53,128 nt of DNA from an uncultured Bacteroidaceae bacterium (GTDB lineage: Bacteria > Bacteroidota > Bacteroidia > Bacteroidales > GCA-2748055), in contig CAYVTV010000002.1 of assembly GCA_964454295.1 (NCBI GenBank), positions 1 to 53,128 of the forward strand, written 5' to 3'. Positions 8,138-18,382 of the stretch are shown piece after piece; the first letter of the stretch is position 1; every line of letters begins with the position of its first letter. Below the pieces are notes generated by a model that worked only from the letters and a program-made list of their open reading frames with translations, did no database searches and was not told where the DNA came from. Made by a program: the position numbers and the translations under genes.

Positions 8138-9574
8138 TCACTCCGTTACAGCCCGGTAAGCATTTACCCGTCCATACCCATAATAAGGAGTGACTCCTTT
8201 CCCATCAATTTTGTCGGCAGTTGTTAGCAGTTTACGGGTAACATCTATCGGGTTCATTTGTCCGCCTTTTTTGCCAATGATTAATGCAGCCACTCCGGCC
8301 ACATGAGGTGCTGCCATACTTGTTCCGGACGCCCATGCGAAGCCTCCTCCACGATAGGTACTTATAACGTAATCGAAAGCACGAGCGGGATAACCCATAA
8401 CAGGATCCGGATAGTTACAATCATAGTCACCTCCTGGGGCAGCAAGTTCAATAAGTGATCTACCATAATTTGTATAACTGGCGGGAATGTCCAAAAAAGG
8501 ATTATTATTCCATTCGAGAATCCAGCATTGAGGAGCTGTTGCAGAAACGGTAATAACTTTTTGCAGCCCTCCAGGCAATACAAACCATGAAGCACTTCCA
8601 TCTAAATTATAACTGTCATTTCCGGCAGAAGTGACAATTACAGCCCCCTTTTTAGAAGCATAATCAACGGCACGTTGCTGTGCTAAAACGTAATATGTTA
8701 CATCAACAGGAGAGATCCATTCCGAACCTTCATAAAACCCACTCCTTTTCAGTGTAGTACCCAGGCTCATGTTAATCACGTCTGCACCATGGTCGGCAGC
8801 ATATATGATCCCGGAATTAACCCAGCTAAAATCCCCCGAGCCGCTGGAAGAAAGTACTTTAGCCGCCACAATTTCAGCTTTAGGTGCTACTCCGATAACT
8901 CCCCATCCGTTATGTGCTGCAGCAATAATACCCGCTACATGTGTACCATGTCCGTAACCATCATCAAATGAGGATTCATCAGGTACAAATGAAGCAGACA
9001 AAGCAAGATTCAGGTTTGCAACCAGATCGGGGTGATCGTCATCAATTCCTGTATCAAGAACAAAAATCCTTGCATTTTCGCCTTCGTATCCGGCATTCCA
9101 TGCCTCAGGTGCATTTATGGCATCCATACCCCATTGAAGCCAGAAACCAGGTTCATAATCACCTATACTTGGAGGATTTGCTTCGATTACATATTTAGGT
9201 GGTTTAATCCATTGAGCATTAAAATCGGGAACAACACCCTGTACCTGTGCAAGCTTAGAAACTTTGGCTTTGAAATCGGGGACAACTGGTTTTACAACAA
9301 CCACACCTATCTGAGGGATCGTCCTGACAATCTGACCGTATGTGGCGAGTTGAAATTCAAATCCAGCAGGAAGTGTTTCTGACCGGGTAATGACCATGTA
9401 GTTGTTTGCTTTTGCACCTTTCAAGGCAACGGGATCAGCATAAGAATCAGAATCAGACAAAAAAGGATTCTCAGGGTCAAGATAACTCTTCTGGCATCCG
9501 GAAATAAAGACCAGAAGAAAAATTGCCAGCAAAATTCTATCGAATTTTACACTGGAGAAGAAGAGAAATTTCAT
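8138..9574 (-). CDS. Subtilisin-like serine protease (peptidase S8) lipoprotein
   Basis: Catalytic triad motifs VLDTGIDDDHPDL, HGTHVAGIIAA and SGTSMAAPHVAGVAA are present. I prefer the start at comp. 9572-9574 (MKFLFFSS...ISGC lipobox) over the upstream ATG at 9631. Confidence 0.9.
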   Translation of the reverse strand: MKFLFFSSVKFDRILLAIFLLVFISGCQKSYLDPENPFLSDSDSYADPVALKGAKANNYMVITRSETLPAGFEFQLATYGQIVRTIPQIGVVVVKPVVPDFKAKVSKLAQVQGVVPDFNAQWIKPPKYVIEANPPSIGDYEPGFWLQWGMDAINAPEAWNAGYEGENARIFVLDTGIDDDHPDLVANLNLALSASFVPDESSFDDGYGHGTHVAGIIAAAHNGWGVIGVAPKAEIVAAKVLSSSGSGDFSWVNSGIIYAADHGADVINMSLGTTLKRSGFYEGSEWISPVDVTYYVLAQQRAVDYASKKGAVIVTSAGNDSYNLDGSASWFVLPGGLQKVITVSATAPQCWILEWNNNPFLDIPASYTNYGRSLIELAAPGGDYDCNYPDPVMGYPARAFDYVISTYRGGGFAWASGTSMAAPHVAGVAALIIGKKGGQMNPIDVTRKLLTTADKIDGKGVTPYYGYGRVNAYRAVTE

Positions 9575-9964
9575 CACTGGTTTGTGTTTCAGGTAAATGG
9601 GATGGTTTATTTTAACATATATAAATTTCAATCAAATTCTAAATGAGGCCAAATCTTTTTGACGAATACAGGATAAATAAAATAATTGAATAAATTAACA
9701 TAATAAGGCATGAGTGAGGTAGCAACGCCCCTGCCCATCATAATGTCTTAACGCCCAAAATAGCTGGACAAAATTTGAAGAATAAATTAAGTCTGATTGA
9801 TTTCGGAAACGCTGACCTGAAATTCTCAAAATATCCTTGAAAGTAATTTCATTTTTTATTCAAAGCTTTTGTCTATATTCTTGTCCTACTGATAATTGCA
9901 TAAGCTGCATGAGCTATTAATAAAAGGAATATAACTCTGAATACTTTTTGCCCCATTTTTTCAG

Positions 9965-11185
9965 TTAGTTAAAAATGAATTTTGCCTGCACCGGATAATG
10001 GTCCGATAAAAACCAGTTTTCCACTCCATTATTTACTTTTGCGTCAATACATTTTTCTATCATTGAGGGTGACACCAGAATATAGTCAATACGTTCAAGC
10101 CTCGCAACCAGTTGTTCGGTGGTTTCATTATTAAAAGTTCCCAAAACCCTGCCCGGGAAACTTCCCCGTTCGTTTATGCCGGTGGTATAATTTCTTGCAA
10201 CATCATATAATGGGAAAGCCAAAAAAGAAGCCATTACCGAAAAATCCAAATCATTCATGAAAACATTTCCGTTAATTCCTTTGTCGGAATTATTTTCGCG
10301 AAGTCGTTTCAATAAATAGCCATCTGAATCATACAAATGGGCATCGAAGGGAGAGTGGGCATTGAAATCGCCCAAAACAATGTACCTGGAATTTTCATTC
10401 TTTATTTTTTCCAGCTTTCGAAGAAGAATTTCAGCCTCTTCCATGCGACTTTTTATACTGCCAGGGTGAAGGTGAACCACCAAAAAATCAATTCCGGCGG
10501 TTTGGCAATGTAAGGCTCCGTGATGTAATCTGTTTTGTATTTTTTCTTTCAGATGGATTGGAAATTCGGAGGTCAGCCCAACTGAATAACCAGTGGTTTT
10601 CAAAATGACAGAATAGTTGTGTCCCCAGGATTCAGCATCTTCCTGCAACTTTTGAGGAGTATAAGCACAAAGTTCCTGAAGGGCAGCCACAGAAGGTTTA
10701 TGTTTTTTCATCCATTGCTGAAGTTTTTTACGTCTGACTGTATCTTTTCCCCAATCAAAGCCATTCCAAATGTTGTAAGTTATTACTTTCAGAGTATCAT
10801 TTCCCGGATCTTTCCGGTCGCGGGCCAATCCGGTAGCTCCTTTGGTATATTTTAAAATCACCGGATTATTATCTGCCTTTTTGAGTTCACGTCCAAAACT
10901 TACTTCCGGTCCGAAAAGGCCTTTGGTAAACCTGCCTGCCTGAGGTTGCATCCTGATCCATTTACCACCGGAACTTTCGTGGTCTACAAAAGTCCGGTTT
11001 AAACGAATTGATTCGTCGAGTTCTTTTCCTTCTTCCTGAAAATAAGCGGCATCGCCCATCCATCCCTGTGCCTTTGACTGACCGGCCCAGATAAAAAGAT
11101 CCAGTTTTTCCTGTGAACTTAAAGTAAAAGGAAGAAATAAAACTAAAAACAGGGTTTTGTAAAATAAAGTAGCAGGCTGTTGCAT
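9965..11185 (-). CDS. Chimeric protein: truncated SASA/CE6-like esterase N-terminus fused to an endonuclease/exonuclease/phosphatase (EEP) domain
   Basis: Residues ~25-130 (DLFIWAGQSKAQGW..FGPEVSFGRELKK..VILKYTKGATGL) align to the first half of the SASA protein at 15000..15875. The rest is EEP: ITYNIWNG, VAALQEL, VLGDFNAHSPFD, SDHYPV. Confidence 0.75.
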   Translation of the reverse strand: MQQPATLFYKTLFLVLFLPFTLSSQEKLDLFIWAGQSKAQGWMGDAAYFQEEGKELDESIRLNRTFVDHESSGGKWIRMQPQAGRFTKGLFGPEVSFGRELKKADNNPVILKYTKGATGLARDRKDPGNDTLKVITYNIWNGFDWGKDTVRRKKLQQWMKKHKPSVAALQELCAYTPQKLQEDAESWGHNYSVILKTTGYSVGLTSEFPIHLKEKIQNRLHHGALHCQTAGIDFLVVHLHPGSIKSRMEEAEILLRKLEKIKNENSRYIVLGDFNAHSPFDAHLYDSDGYLLKRLRENNSDKGINGNVFMNDLDFSVMASFLAFPLYDVARNYTTGINERGSFPGRVLGTFNNETTEQLVARLERIDYILVSPSMIEKCIDAKVNNGVENWFLSDHYPVQAKFIFN

Positions 11186-11198
11186 TATAACTCGTTTT

Positions 11199-13484
11199 TT
11201 AACGTGTGAAAACTGCTTTTTCTCCTTCCGCCAAAATTAATTTAATAAACTGACCATCCTTTTCATACTCCATATCAGACGAAAATTCTGCAGTGCCAAA
11301 AGGATTTTCAAGGACGACTTCTCCTCCTTTTTCAGAGGTCATCTCAACTTTGTTTACCTGGCCGTTCTCCATTGAGGCAGAAACCAGGAATGCACCTTGT
11401 GAGCGCAAAGTAGAAAATGAAACATCCTGCCAGTCAGCGGGAATTGCCGGAAATACTTTTACCACGCCGGTATGGCTTTGTATCAGCATTTCCTGGACGG
11501 CCGAAGCAAAAGCAAAGTTTCCTTCCAGTGTAAATGGCCGGTAAGTCATTTTGGAGTAGCCTGCTTTGCACTGATCGCCATTTACATGAAACGAATTTTT
11601 AAGGCAAAAACAACGGGTAAAAATCCGCAATGCCTCGGCTGCTTTTTGGCCTTCAAAAGCACGGGCATACAAATTGGCCTGCCAACTGTAGGAGTAACCT
11701 GTCCAAAAATCGGGACCAACTTCCTCCAGATTATCCAGGGTATTTTGAATGATTTCTTTGTTTTCTGCTCCTTTGGAAAAATCCACGAGACCAAGGGGAT
11801 GAAATCCCATCAGGTGTGAAAAATGCCGGTGCGACTGTTCGTAAGGAAGGGTTGGGGATAACATCAGCCCCGATTCCGGATCGACCGCCAATTGTGGCCA
11901 TTCTTCCAATATTTGTTCCCACTTTTGTGCTTCGTCATTCAGGTTTAGGTCACACGCCATTTCTGCTGCTTTTTCGTAGGTCCAGCGAATGAGCGCCAGA
12001 TCGAAGTTGGTAGTTTCGTCAAACCAGGCTCTTCTTGAGTTGTCAAAAATTTCAGGACTCGAGCTGGCAGGTAGTTTGCGCATTCCTTTTTCGTCCTTAA
12101 CTGAAATTTCATCAAGGAAAACAGCTACATCCCGAAGCCAGGGATAGGCCTTTTCCCTCAGAAATTCTGCATCTTGTAAATATATCCAGTGGAGATAGAA
12201 ATGGTGAGCCAGCCACGAAGCCACCGTGGGTCCAAAAGAATATTGTATCCACCCGCCCATGGGTTGGCCGGTAAGTGTGGTGACACCCGGAACATTCACT
12301 CCCGCCGTTCCAAAGTATGTTCTGGTATATTCTTCAAATGTTTCTTTGTATTTCCACATCCAGTTCAAGAAACCCTCTTCAAGGTCGAGGTTGTTGCCTG
12401 TGTATGCGGGCCAGTAGCTTAACTGCGTGTTTAAGTTGTGATGAAAATCACCTTTCCATGGAGGGAGTCTGCCGTTATCGGCTGTCCACACTGCCTGCAG
12501 CGAAATGGGTGGAGCGTCGGCCCTGGCTACCGATCCAAACTTATACATTTCGAGGTAGTATTGTTTTTCAAGAATGGAGTCGGGAAGCGAAACTGAAGAT
12601 TTTTGCCAGTAGTTTTTCCACCATGTTTGATGGGTGCTCAGCGAACTGTCAAATTTGTTTTTGCCGATTTGCTGTGTCGTCAGTTCTTCTGCCTTAAGCT
12701 GGCCTTCCTGCTCCGAGAAAGTTGACGAAATACTCCAAATCCCGGTCATCGTATTTACTGTGGTGTTCCAGTTAACAGACACTTCGTATTCAAAACTGCC
12801 CCATCCCTTCTGCCGGTAAACCTGCCGGTTATTTTCTGAAGTTACGCCACCTTGCTCATATCCCAGCCGCTGAAGGTCCTGACCGGCAACCGGGTTGTCT
12901 TCTCCGCTGTCAACAAGTTTTTGATATTGGGGTGGGATTATTGCAGGCGAAAAACCATCCGGCACATTTTTAAACCTGAACCAACCATAAGGTTCAGAGG
13001 CATGTACAAAGGTTTCGAGGGTAACACCATTTTCCCATTCCACCCTACATACGGCTTCTGATAAATCGAGTATCACTGATTTCACCGGCCCCAGGAGATT
13101 GGCGTCAAACTCCAGGGCTGCCCCGGGTATTTTTGAAGGGGCCGGCATATTGTCGTATGGAGCGTCAAACAACCCCTGCACAAGTTCGTAGGTATTGTTC
13201 CTAACCTGTTCCTGCACCCACTCAAAACTGAACTCAGGTTTAGACAAGTTATCAACAGGCCTGAGGTCCCACAGATCGACACGGTCGAGCGAAATACGAA
13301 GGTGATCGCCACTTTGCCATATCAAGGCACCCAGCAAGCCATTACCCAGGGGAATGGCCTCATCCCAGGTGTTTGCAAGTTCGGCAAATTCAAGGTTGTA
13401 CTTTTCGACAGGGCCCGAAACAGGCTCTTTTGAACAGGAAAGAAGTGCCAGGATAGCAATTGTGACAACTATTTTATTAATCAT
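11199..13484 (-). CDS. GH95-like glycoside hydrolase (alpha-L-fucosidase family)
   Basis: 761-aa ORF with lipobox LLSC. The N-terminal WDEAIPLGNGLLGALIW..LSLDRVDLWD resembles the GH95 N-terminal domain, and the size is typical of the family. Confidence 0.6.
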   Translation of the reverse strand: MINKIVVTIAILALLSCSKEPVSGPVEKYNLEFAELANTWDEAIPLGNGLLGALIWQSGDHLRISLDRVDLWDLRPVDNLSKPEFSFEWVQEQVRNNTYELVQGLFDAPYDNMPAPSKIPGAALEFDANLLGPVKSVILDLSEAVCRVEWENGVTLETFVHASEPYGWFRFKNVPDGFSPAIIPPQYQKLVDSGEDNPVAGQDLQRLGYEQGGVTSENNRQVYRQKGWGSFEYEVSVNWNTTVNTMTGIWSISSTFSEQEGQLKAEELTTQQIGKNKFDSSLSTHQTWWKNYWQKSSVSLPDSILEKQYYLEMYKFGSVARADAPPISLQAVWTADNGRLPPWKGDFHHNLNTQLSYWPAYTGNNLDLEEGFLNWMWKYKETFEEYTRTYFGTAGVNVPGVTTLTGQPMGGWIQYSFGPTVASWLAHHFYLHWIYLQDAEFLREKAYPWLRDVAVFLDEISVKDEKGMRKLPASSSPEIFDNSRRAWFDETTNFDLALIRWTYEKAAEMACDLNLNDEAQKWEQILEEWPQLAVDPESGLMLSPTLPYEQSHRHFSHLMGFHPLGLVDFSKGAENKEIIQNTLDNLEEVGPDFWTGYSYSWQANLYARAFEGQKAAEALRIFTRCFCLKNSFHVNGDQCKAGYSKMTYRPFTLEGNFAFASAVQEMLIQSHTGVVKVFPAIPADWQDVSFSTLRSQGAFLVSASMENGQVNKVEMTSEKGGEVVLENPFGTAEFSSDMEYEKDGQFIKLILAEGEKAVFTR

Positions 13485-13539
13485 TTATCTGTTTTATTCG
13501 TTTAAGATCTCTTATTTCTTGTTTTGATGCTGGCGTTGA

Positions 13540-15003
13540 TTATTCCTGCTCAATATACGCCGGATTGGGGAAAGGCATCTGGGCGCCAACATCCTTCCTC
13601 CATTGGTGCAACAATTGTTTTAATTCGTGAGCTTTTTCAGGCTGGGTTTTAGACAAATCTGTTTTTTCTTCGATGTCGTTTTTCAAATTATATAATTCAA
13701 TATGATTATCCTCAAAAAACTCGATAAGTTTATAATCTCCTGATCTTACGGCTCCTGAGGGTCGTCCTCCAAGGCCTCCGCTGTAGTGAGGATAATGCCA
13801 GAACAAAGGTCGTTCATCCATTTCCCGGCCCTCCAGCAGGGGTTTCAGACTGATGCCATCCTTATGCTGTTGCGGTTTGAGCTGTATTCCGGCTACATCC
13901 AGCAAAGTAGGGTACAAATCTGTTCCGGTTGCCGGAAAGTCAGTGATTGTCCCATTTTCAATTTTCCCCGGCCAGCGAATTATCAATGGTTCCCTGATAC
14001 CTCCTTCATAAAGATAACCTTTACCGGCCCTTAGAGGCAGGTTAGTGGTGGGGATATTGTCTGTCCGGTTACTGATTGACATCCCCCCGTTATCAGAGGT
14101 GAACACCACAATGGTATTTTCCGACAGGTTTTCCTGTTCCAGGAACTGGAGCAGGCGGCCCACATTTTCATCCATACTTTCCACCATAGCTGCGTAATGG
14201 GGCATATTTTGCCATTGCTTATGGTAGGTATCGCCTTTTTTTATAAACTCTTTCCCGGAATAATTCATTTCAGAAAGTTTATCACGGTATTTTTCCACTT
14301 TTTCAGGTTTTCCCTGCATAGGAAGATGCACCGTGTAAAATGATAAAAAAGAAAAGAAATGATTGTCTTTATTTTTTCTGATGAAGTCGATGGTTTCATC
14401 CGTAAGCCGGTCAGTAAGGTATTCCCCTTCTTCACCATCTTCAAGCTGCGGGTTGTTATAGGGAGCAAAATAGCCTCCGGAAGGATGGCCCGTTTTGTTT
14501 CCCCCTTTGTTTATATCAAAACCCTGGTGATGCGGATAGTATTTTTCTTCCTCACCAATATGCCATTTGCCTGCAAAAAAAGTACTATAGCCGGCATCTT
14601 TGAAAGCTTCTGCTATGGTATATTCTTCCAAATCAAGCTGAAGTTTGAATGGATCAGAAGCCAGTTTTTGATTTTTATGCGGGCCGTAATGCCTGTTTCC
14701 CGGAATATAGTCAGTAAGATTCAGACGGGCAGGATATTTACCGGTCATTATGGCCGCCCGTGTAGGCGAACATACCGGACTTGGAGCGTAAGCATCGGTA
14801 AAAACCAAACCTGAGGAAGCCAGCTTATCAATGTTGGGGGTTTCATAGAATTTGCTACCGGTATATCCCAAATCGGCCCATCCCAAATCATCAACTAAAA
14901 TAAACAGGATGTTGGGTTTATCATTTTTTGATTTTCCCTCATATAAACATCCGTAGCAAATAATCAAAAAGACAGCGACAGTGATAAGGAATTTTATTCT
15001 CAT
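13540..15003 (-). CDS. Sulfatase, Cys-type (S1 family)
   Basis: NILFILVDDLGWADLGYTGS and the formylglycine motif CSPTRAAIMTGKY. It overlaps the upstream gene by 4 nt. Confidence 0.9.
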   Translation of the reverse strand: MRIKFLITVAVFLIICYGCLYEGKSKNDKPNILFILVDDLGWADLGYTGSKFYETPNIDKLASSGLVFTDAYAPSPVCSPTRAAIMTGKYPARLNLTDYIPGNRHYGPHKNQKLASDPFKLQLDLEEYTIAEAFKDAGYSTFFAGKWHIGEEEKYYPHHQGFDINKGGNKTGHPSGGYFAPYNNPQLEDGEEGEYLTDRLTDETIDFIRKNKDNHFFSFLSFYTVHLPMQGKPEKVEKYRDKLSEMNYSGKEFIKKGDTYHKQWQNMPHYAAMVESMDENVGRLLQFLEQENLSENTIVVFTSDNGGMSISNRTDNIPTTNLPLRAGKGYLYEGGIREPLIIRWPGKIENGTITDFPATGTDLYPTLLDVAGIQLKPQQHKDGISLKPLLEGREMDERPLFWHYPHYSGGLGGRPSGAVRSGDYKLIEFFEDNHIELYNLKNDIEEKTDLSKTQPEKAHELKQLLHQWRKDVGAQMPFPNPAYIEQE

Positions 15004-15875
15004 TTTAATTCCTCCTTTATTTTGTTGGCAAAACGTTCTCCCAACTCCAGAATTCCAAACGTATTAAAGTGAATTTTGTCATCCGGGTAAGGAGAATCAG
15101 GTTCATCGCCACGCAGCGGCAAATCGTCTGTTTCAATTACAAAAGCTTTTTCTGATGCCAATTTATGACCAGAATCTTGGTCCACATATTTTTGTGCTTC
15201 ACGAACTTCTTCCCTGCCGGTAAACCGTACCAGCGGCACCGGAATTACGTATCCATAAATAAACAACATTTTAGGTGCATTCAACTGTTTGCGTATTCTT
15301 TTTATAAAATGATGAAGATTTTTGCCATAATTTCTGTTATTTTCCACTCCTGCAATGTCGCGGGCATCGGCTTCGCCCTGCTGCCAAACCATTGCATTAA
15401 TCTTCGGTTTATATCCTTTAGCTTCCAGTTCACTGAGGCCGGCTTCAACGGTGTGAATAAACTTTTTAAACTCAGGCCCAAAGTTTGCCGTATCATTTTT
15501 ATTCTTTCCGGGAGCCCATTGTTCATATAAGTTTGAACCAGACAAAGCATGTTTTATTAATGCAATTTCTCTGTCGGGGTAAAGCTTCTTCAGCGTTGTC
15601 CCCATACTCAATTCCACTCCAAACTTGTCGGGAGTTTCTGATGCCTGACACAGAGGTCCCCATTCCATGTCCGTTCCACCACCTCCTAAGTATTGAGAAT
15701 AAAAAAAATGTACTGATTTATCTGTTTCTAAATCAGATGGAATATTTTTCATGTACCCCTGACCGGTTGCGTTCGACTGACCACCGATTAAATATACATC
15801 GATTGCTTTCTTATTCTGTGAAAAAGAAATCATAACCGAAAAAATCAGCAAAAACATCAATAAATTTCGTTTCAT
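15000..15875 (-). CDS. Sialate O-acetylesterase-like carbohydrate esterase (SASA/DUF303)
   Basis: VYLIGGQSNATGQGY nucleophile motif and WQQGEADA. 291 aa with a signal peptide. Confidence 0.8.
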   Translation of the reverse strand: MKRNLLMFLLIFSVMISFSQNKKAIDVYLIGGQSNATGQGYMKNIPSDLETDKSVHFFYSQYLGGGGTDMEWGPLCQASETPDKFGVELSMGTTLKKLYPDREIALIKHALSGSNLYEQWAPGKNKNDTANFGPEFKKFIHTVEAGLSELEAKGYKPKINAMVWQQGEADARDIAGVENNRNYGKNLHHFIKRIRKQLNAPKMLFIYGYVIPVPLVRFTGREEVREAQKYVDQDSGHKLASEKAFVIETDDLPLRGDEPDSPYPDDKIHFNTFGILELGERFANKIKEELK

Positions 15876-15884
15876 ATTTATGCT

Positions 15885-17285
15885 TTAATTCACGTTAAAA
15901 ACATCAAAATTTTTAATGTGTACTTCCCCTTTTGATTCCAAAATTTGCAGTCTCACAGCATCTACTTCCATAGCCTCAAAACGGTGAATAAATTTATGGC
16001 CAATACAGGAACCTTCAAAAATAGTTTGCCAGCCATCTTTTGCTTTTCCCTCAAGCACAAATTCCCTTACGCGTTCGCCTTTGACAATATCTTCCTGAAC
16101 TACCACGTGATTAATCCGCTGATTTTCAGACAGAAATATTTCAATTTCATTCCCGTTTCCTGATGACGAGCCAACCGGATTCGAAAACCTTCTTCGTATT
16201 TCAGCGCCCCACTCTTTCAGCCGCTTTACATCGGGTTCGGGCATCAGTCCGTCAGGATCGGGTGTCAGTCCGAGGATGAGTGATGTATTATGCCCTACCG
16301 ATTTACAGTACATGTTCATCAGGTTTTCCAACGGAAAAATATGTTCTTCATCGCCAGGTTCCCAGAACCACTCGTGGCGGCCGTTGTATCCGCGAAGGGG
16401 GGCATCGCTCATGGCCGGCATATAATAGTCACCATCTGGGTCGCCTTCTTTTAATAACTGAAAATTATTTGCAAGAACTACTTCCTGGTTGGTCGAATGT
16501 GAATAGGGATACGGGTAAGTTCCCCAGCTTGGATACGGGACAGAGCCACTTTCACTGCCGCCCCAGCGAATATCGGCACGTTGTGAGTTGTGGTAAAAAA
16601 TGCAGTTGGACTGGTGCTTTTCGAAGACACTCAATACATCCGGGCCGGCCAGTTCCGGTCCGTGGGCGCCCCCATCGAACCATACAATGGCCAAATCGCC
16701 GTAACGCGACATGAGCTCTTCCACCATCCCCTCGCACATTCGGTTGTAATATTGCTGACGGTTTTCTGCAAATTGATTGTCGCCATTCACCATAAAATCA
16801 AAAATACCGAGAAAAGAATTCCAGCGAATACCAATATAGATTCCTGGTAGAACTCCATATTTACGACATGATTCCACAAAATCTTTTACAATGTCACCTT
16901 TTCCGTCGCGCCACTTTACCGCTTTCAGGCTATAAGGATTTACATCGCTCTGGTAAAGGGCAAAACCTGTTTCGTGAGTAGCAGTAAGTATGGCAATTTT
17001 AAACCCGGCATCTTTTGCCGCTTTTATCCATTGGTCGGTATCCAGGTTTTTTGGATTGAAAATATTGTAATCGGCAATGGGCGTAATCCTGTTCTTCTGC
17101 TGGTTGTATTTTTCCCCGTCAAAAACATGCAGGTCGTAACTAAAAACGGCCACCAGTTCGGCATTTTGCCAGGTTAACTGGGCTTGTGTTGGGATGGGGA
17201 CATTTAGTTTATTCTGAGTTTTGGCATATCCAAGAATACCAAATAGTAATAAAAACGTCAGCTGCAACTTTTTCCTCATTTTCAT
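15885..17285 (-). CDS. GH29 alpha-L-fucosidase with C-terminal F5/8 type C (discoidin) domain
   Basis: ILTATHETGFALYQSD (HHDGF-like), LAIVWFDGG (nucleophile region), and a discoidin-like C-terminus (VVVQEDIVKGERVREFVLEG..VRLQILE). Confidence 0.8.
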   Translation of the reverse strand: MKMRKKLQLTFLLLFGILGYAKTQNKLNVPIPTQAQLTWQNAELVAVFSYDLHVFDGEKYNQQKNRITPIADYNIFNPKNLDTDQWIKAAKDAGFKIAILTATHETGFALYQSDVNPYSLKAVKWRDGKGDIVKDFVESCRKYGVLPGIYIGIRWNSFLGIFDFMVNGDNQFAENRQQYYNRMCEGMVEELMSRYGDLAIVWFDGGAHGPELAGPDVLSVFEKHQSNCIFYHNSQRADIRWGGSESGSVPYPSWGTYPYPYSHSTNQEVVLANNFQLLKEGDPDGDYYMPAMSDAPLRGYNGRHEWFWEPGDEEHIFPLENLMNMYCKSVGHNTSLILGLTPDPDGLMPEPDVKRLKEWGAEIRRRFSNPVGSSSGNGNEIEIFLSENQRINHVVVQEDIVKGERVREFVLEGKAKDGWQTIFEGSCIGHKFIHRFEAMEVDAVRLQILESKGEVHIKNFDVFNVN

Positions 17286-17348
17286 ATCATTTATTAAATG
17301 ATTGCTGGCTTACTTCTTCCTTGCTCGCAGTGCTGGGGTATTTAGATT

Positions 17349-18374
17349 TTAGTTAGAAATTAAATCGAATCGTACCAAGTAACATTCATGTTTATTTGGA
17401 ATCATTGATATACCCCATTTCAATCCTTCTCCAACAACAACCGGATTTATTAAGTCGGGACGAAAAGCTCCGGGCGCAATTGCACGTTCTTCTACTTTTG
17501 CATTAAGTTTGTCTGACATAAAATCAATTCCGTCAGGGGCATATTCAAATGTTTCTGACAGAGATGCGAAAGCTGCAACTCCTGTGCCTTGCGGCCAAAT
17601 TAATACTTCATGACTTCTTTCAAGTAATTCCTTCCCGTATTTGGTATACGGGCCTTCAGGATATTTTGAAAAGGCAACGCCCATGGCTGTGTGGGCTGGT
17701 CCTCCGTGTCCGTCAACCAATGAACGGCCTTTATAATACAACCAATATAATCCATTTCTATAAAGTAAAGAAGCGTCATCAACCCTGTAACTGTCAAAAT
17801 TTTCAGGCTCTACGCTTACTTTTAGAATTGGTTCCCCGCTAACTCTTTTAAAAGGTCCGGTTGGTAAACCGGATACAGCTACACCAATGGCTGTAATATC
17901 AGTAATATTATTGTTTTCAAAATCACCATCGGCATTTCCGGGTGTTGGTTTTACCCCTGTATAAAATAAGTAGTATTTACCATTGGCGTATAATATGTTT
18001 GGTGTAAAAACAGCTTGTGAATCCCATGTGCCCTTTTTGCCTGCATCCAGCATTTCACCAACTTCGATCCATGAAAAGCCCTCATCTTCAGATTTAGCAC
18101 ACCAAACGCTTGCTCCCCAATATCCGGCCCCCCAATATTTTGGTTCAGCATCGGGTATTTTGGTATAATACACATAATATGTTTGGCCTACTTTCATTAC
18201 ATCGCTTGGATCGCGACGTGTTACACCTTCTTCGAAACCTATTCCGGTTACTTCACTGAATTTAAATTCTGTATTTGAAAATTTCTCCTTTATTGAATTA
18301 AGTTCCTGGCCTTGTGAAGAAAATGGATATAACAGGCCAAGACCAACTATTACAATGATTACTGTTCCTATCAT
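17349..18374 (-). CDS. GH43/GH117-like five-bladed beta-propeller glycoside hydrolase
   Basis: RRDPSDVMKVGQTYYVYYT, WDSQAVFTPNILYANGKYYLFYTG and DDASLLYRNGLYWLYYKG are repeated blade motifs. Confidence 0.6.
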   Translation of the reverse strand: MIGTVIIVIVGLGLLYPFSSQGQELNSIKEKFSNTEFKFSEVTGIGFEEGVTRRDPSDVMKVGQTYYVYYTKIPDAEPKYWGAGYWGASVWCAKSEDEGFSWIEVGEMLDAGKKGTWDSQAVFTPNILYANGKYYLFYTGVKPTPGNADGDFENNNITDITAIGVAVSGLPTGPFKRVSGEPILKVSVEPENFDSYRVDDASLLYRNGLYWLYYKGRSLVDGHGGPAHTAMGVAFSKYPEGPYTKYGKELLERSHEVLIWPQGTGVAAFASLSETFEYAPDGIDFMSDKLNAKVEERAIAPGAFRPDLINPVVVGEGLKWGISMIPNKHECYLVRFDLISN

Positions 18375-18382
18375 TTTCTGTC

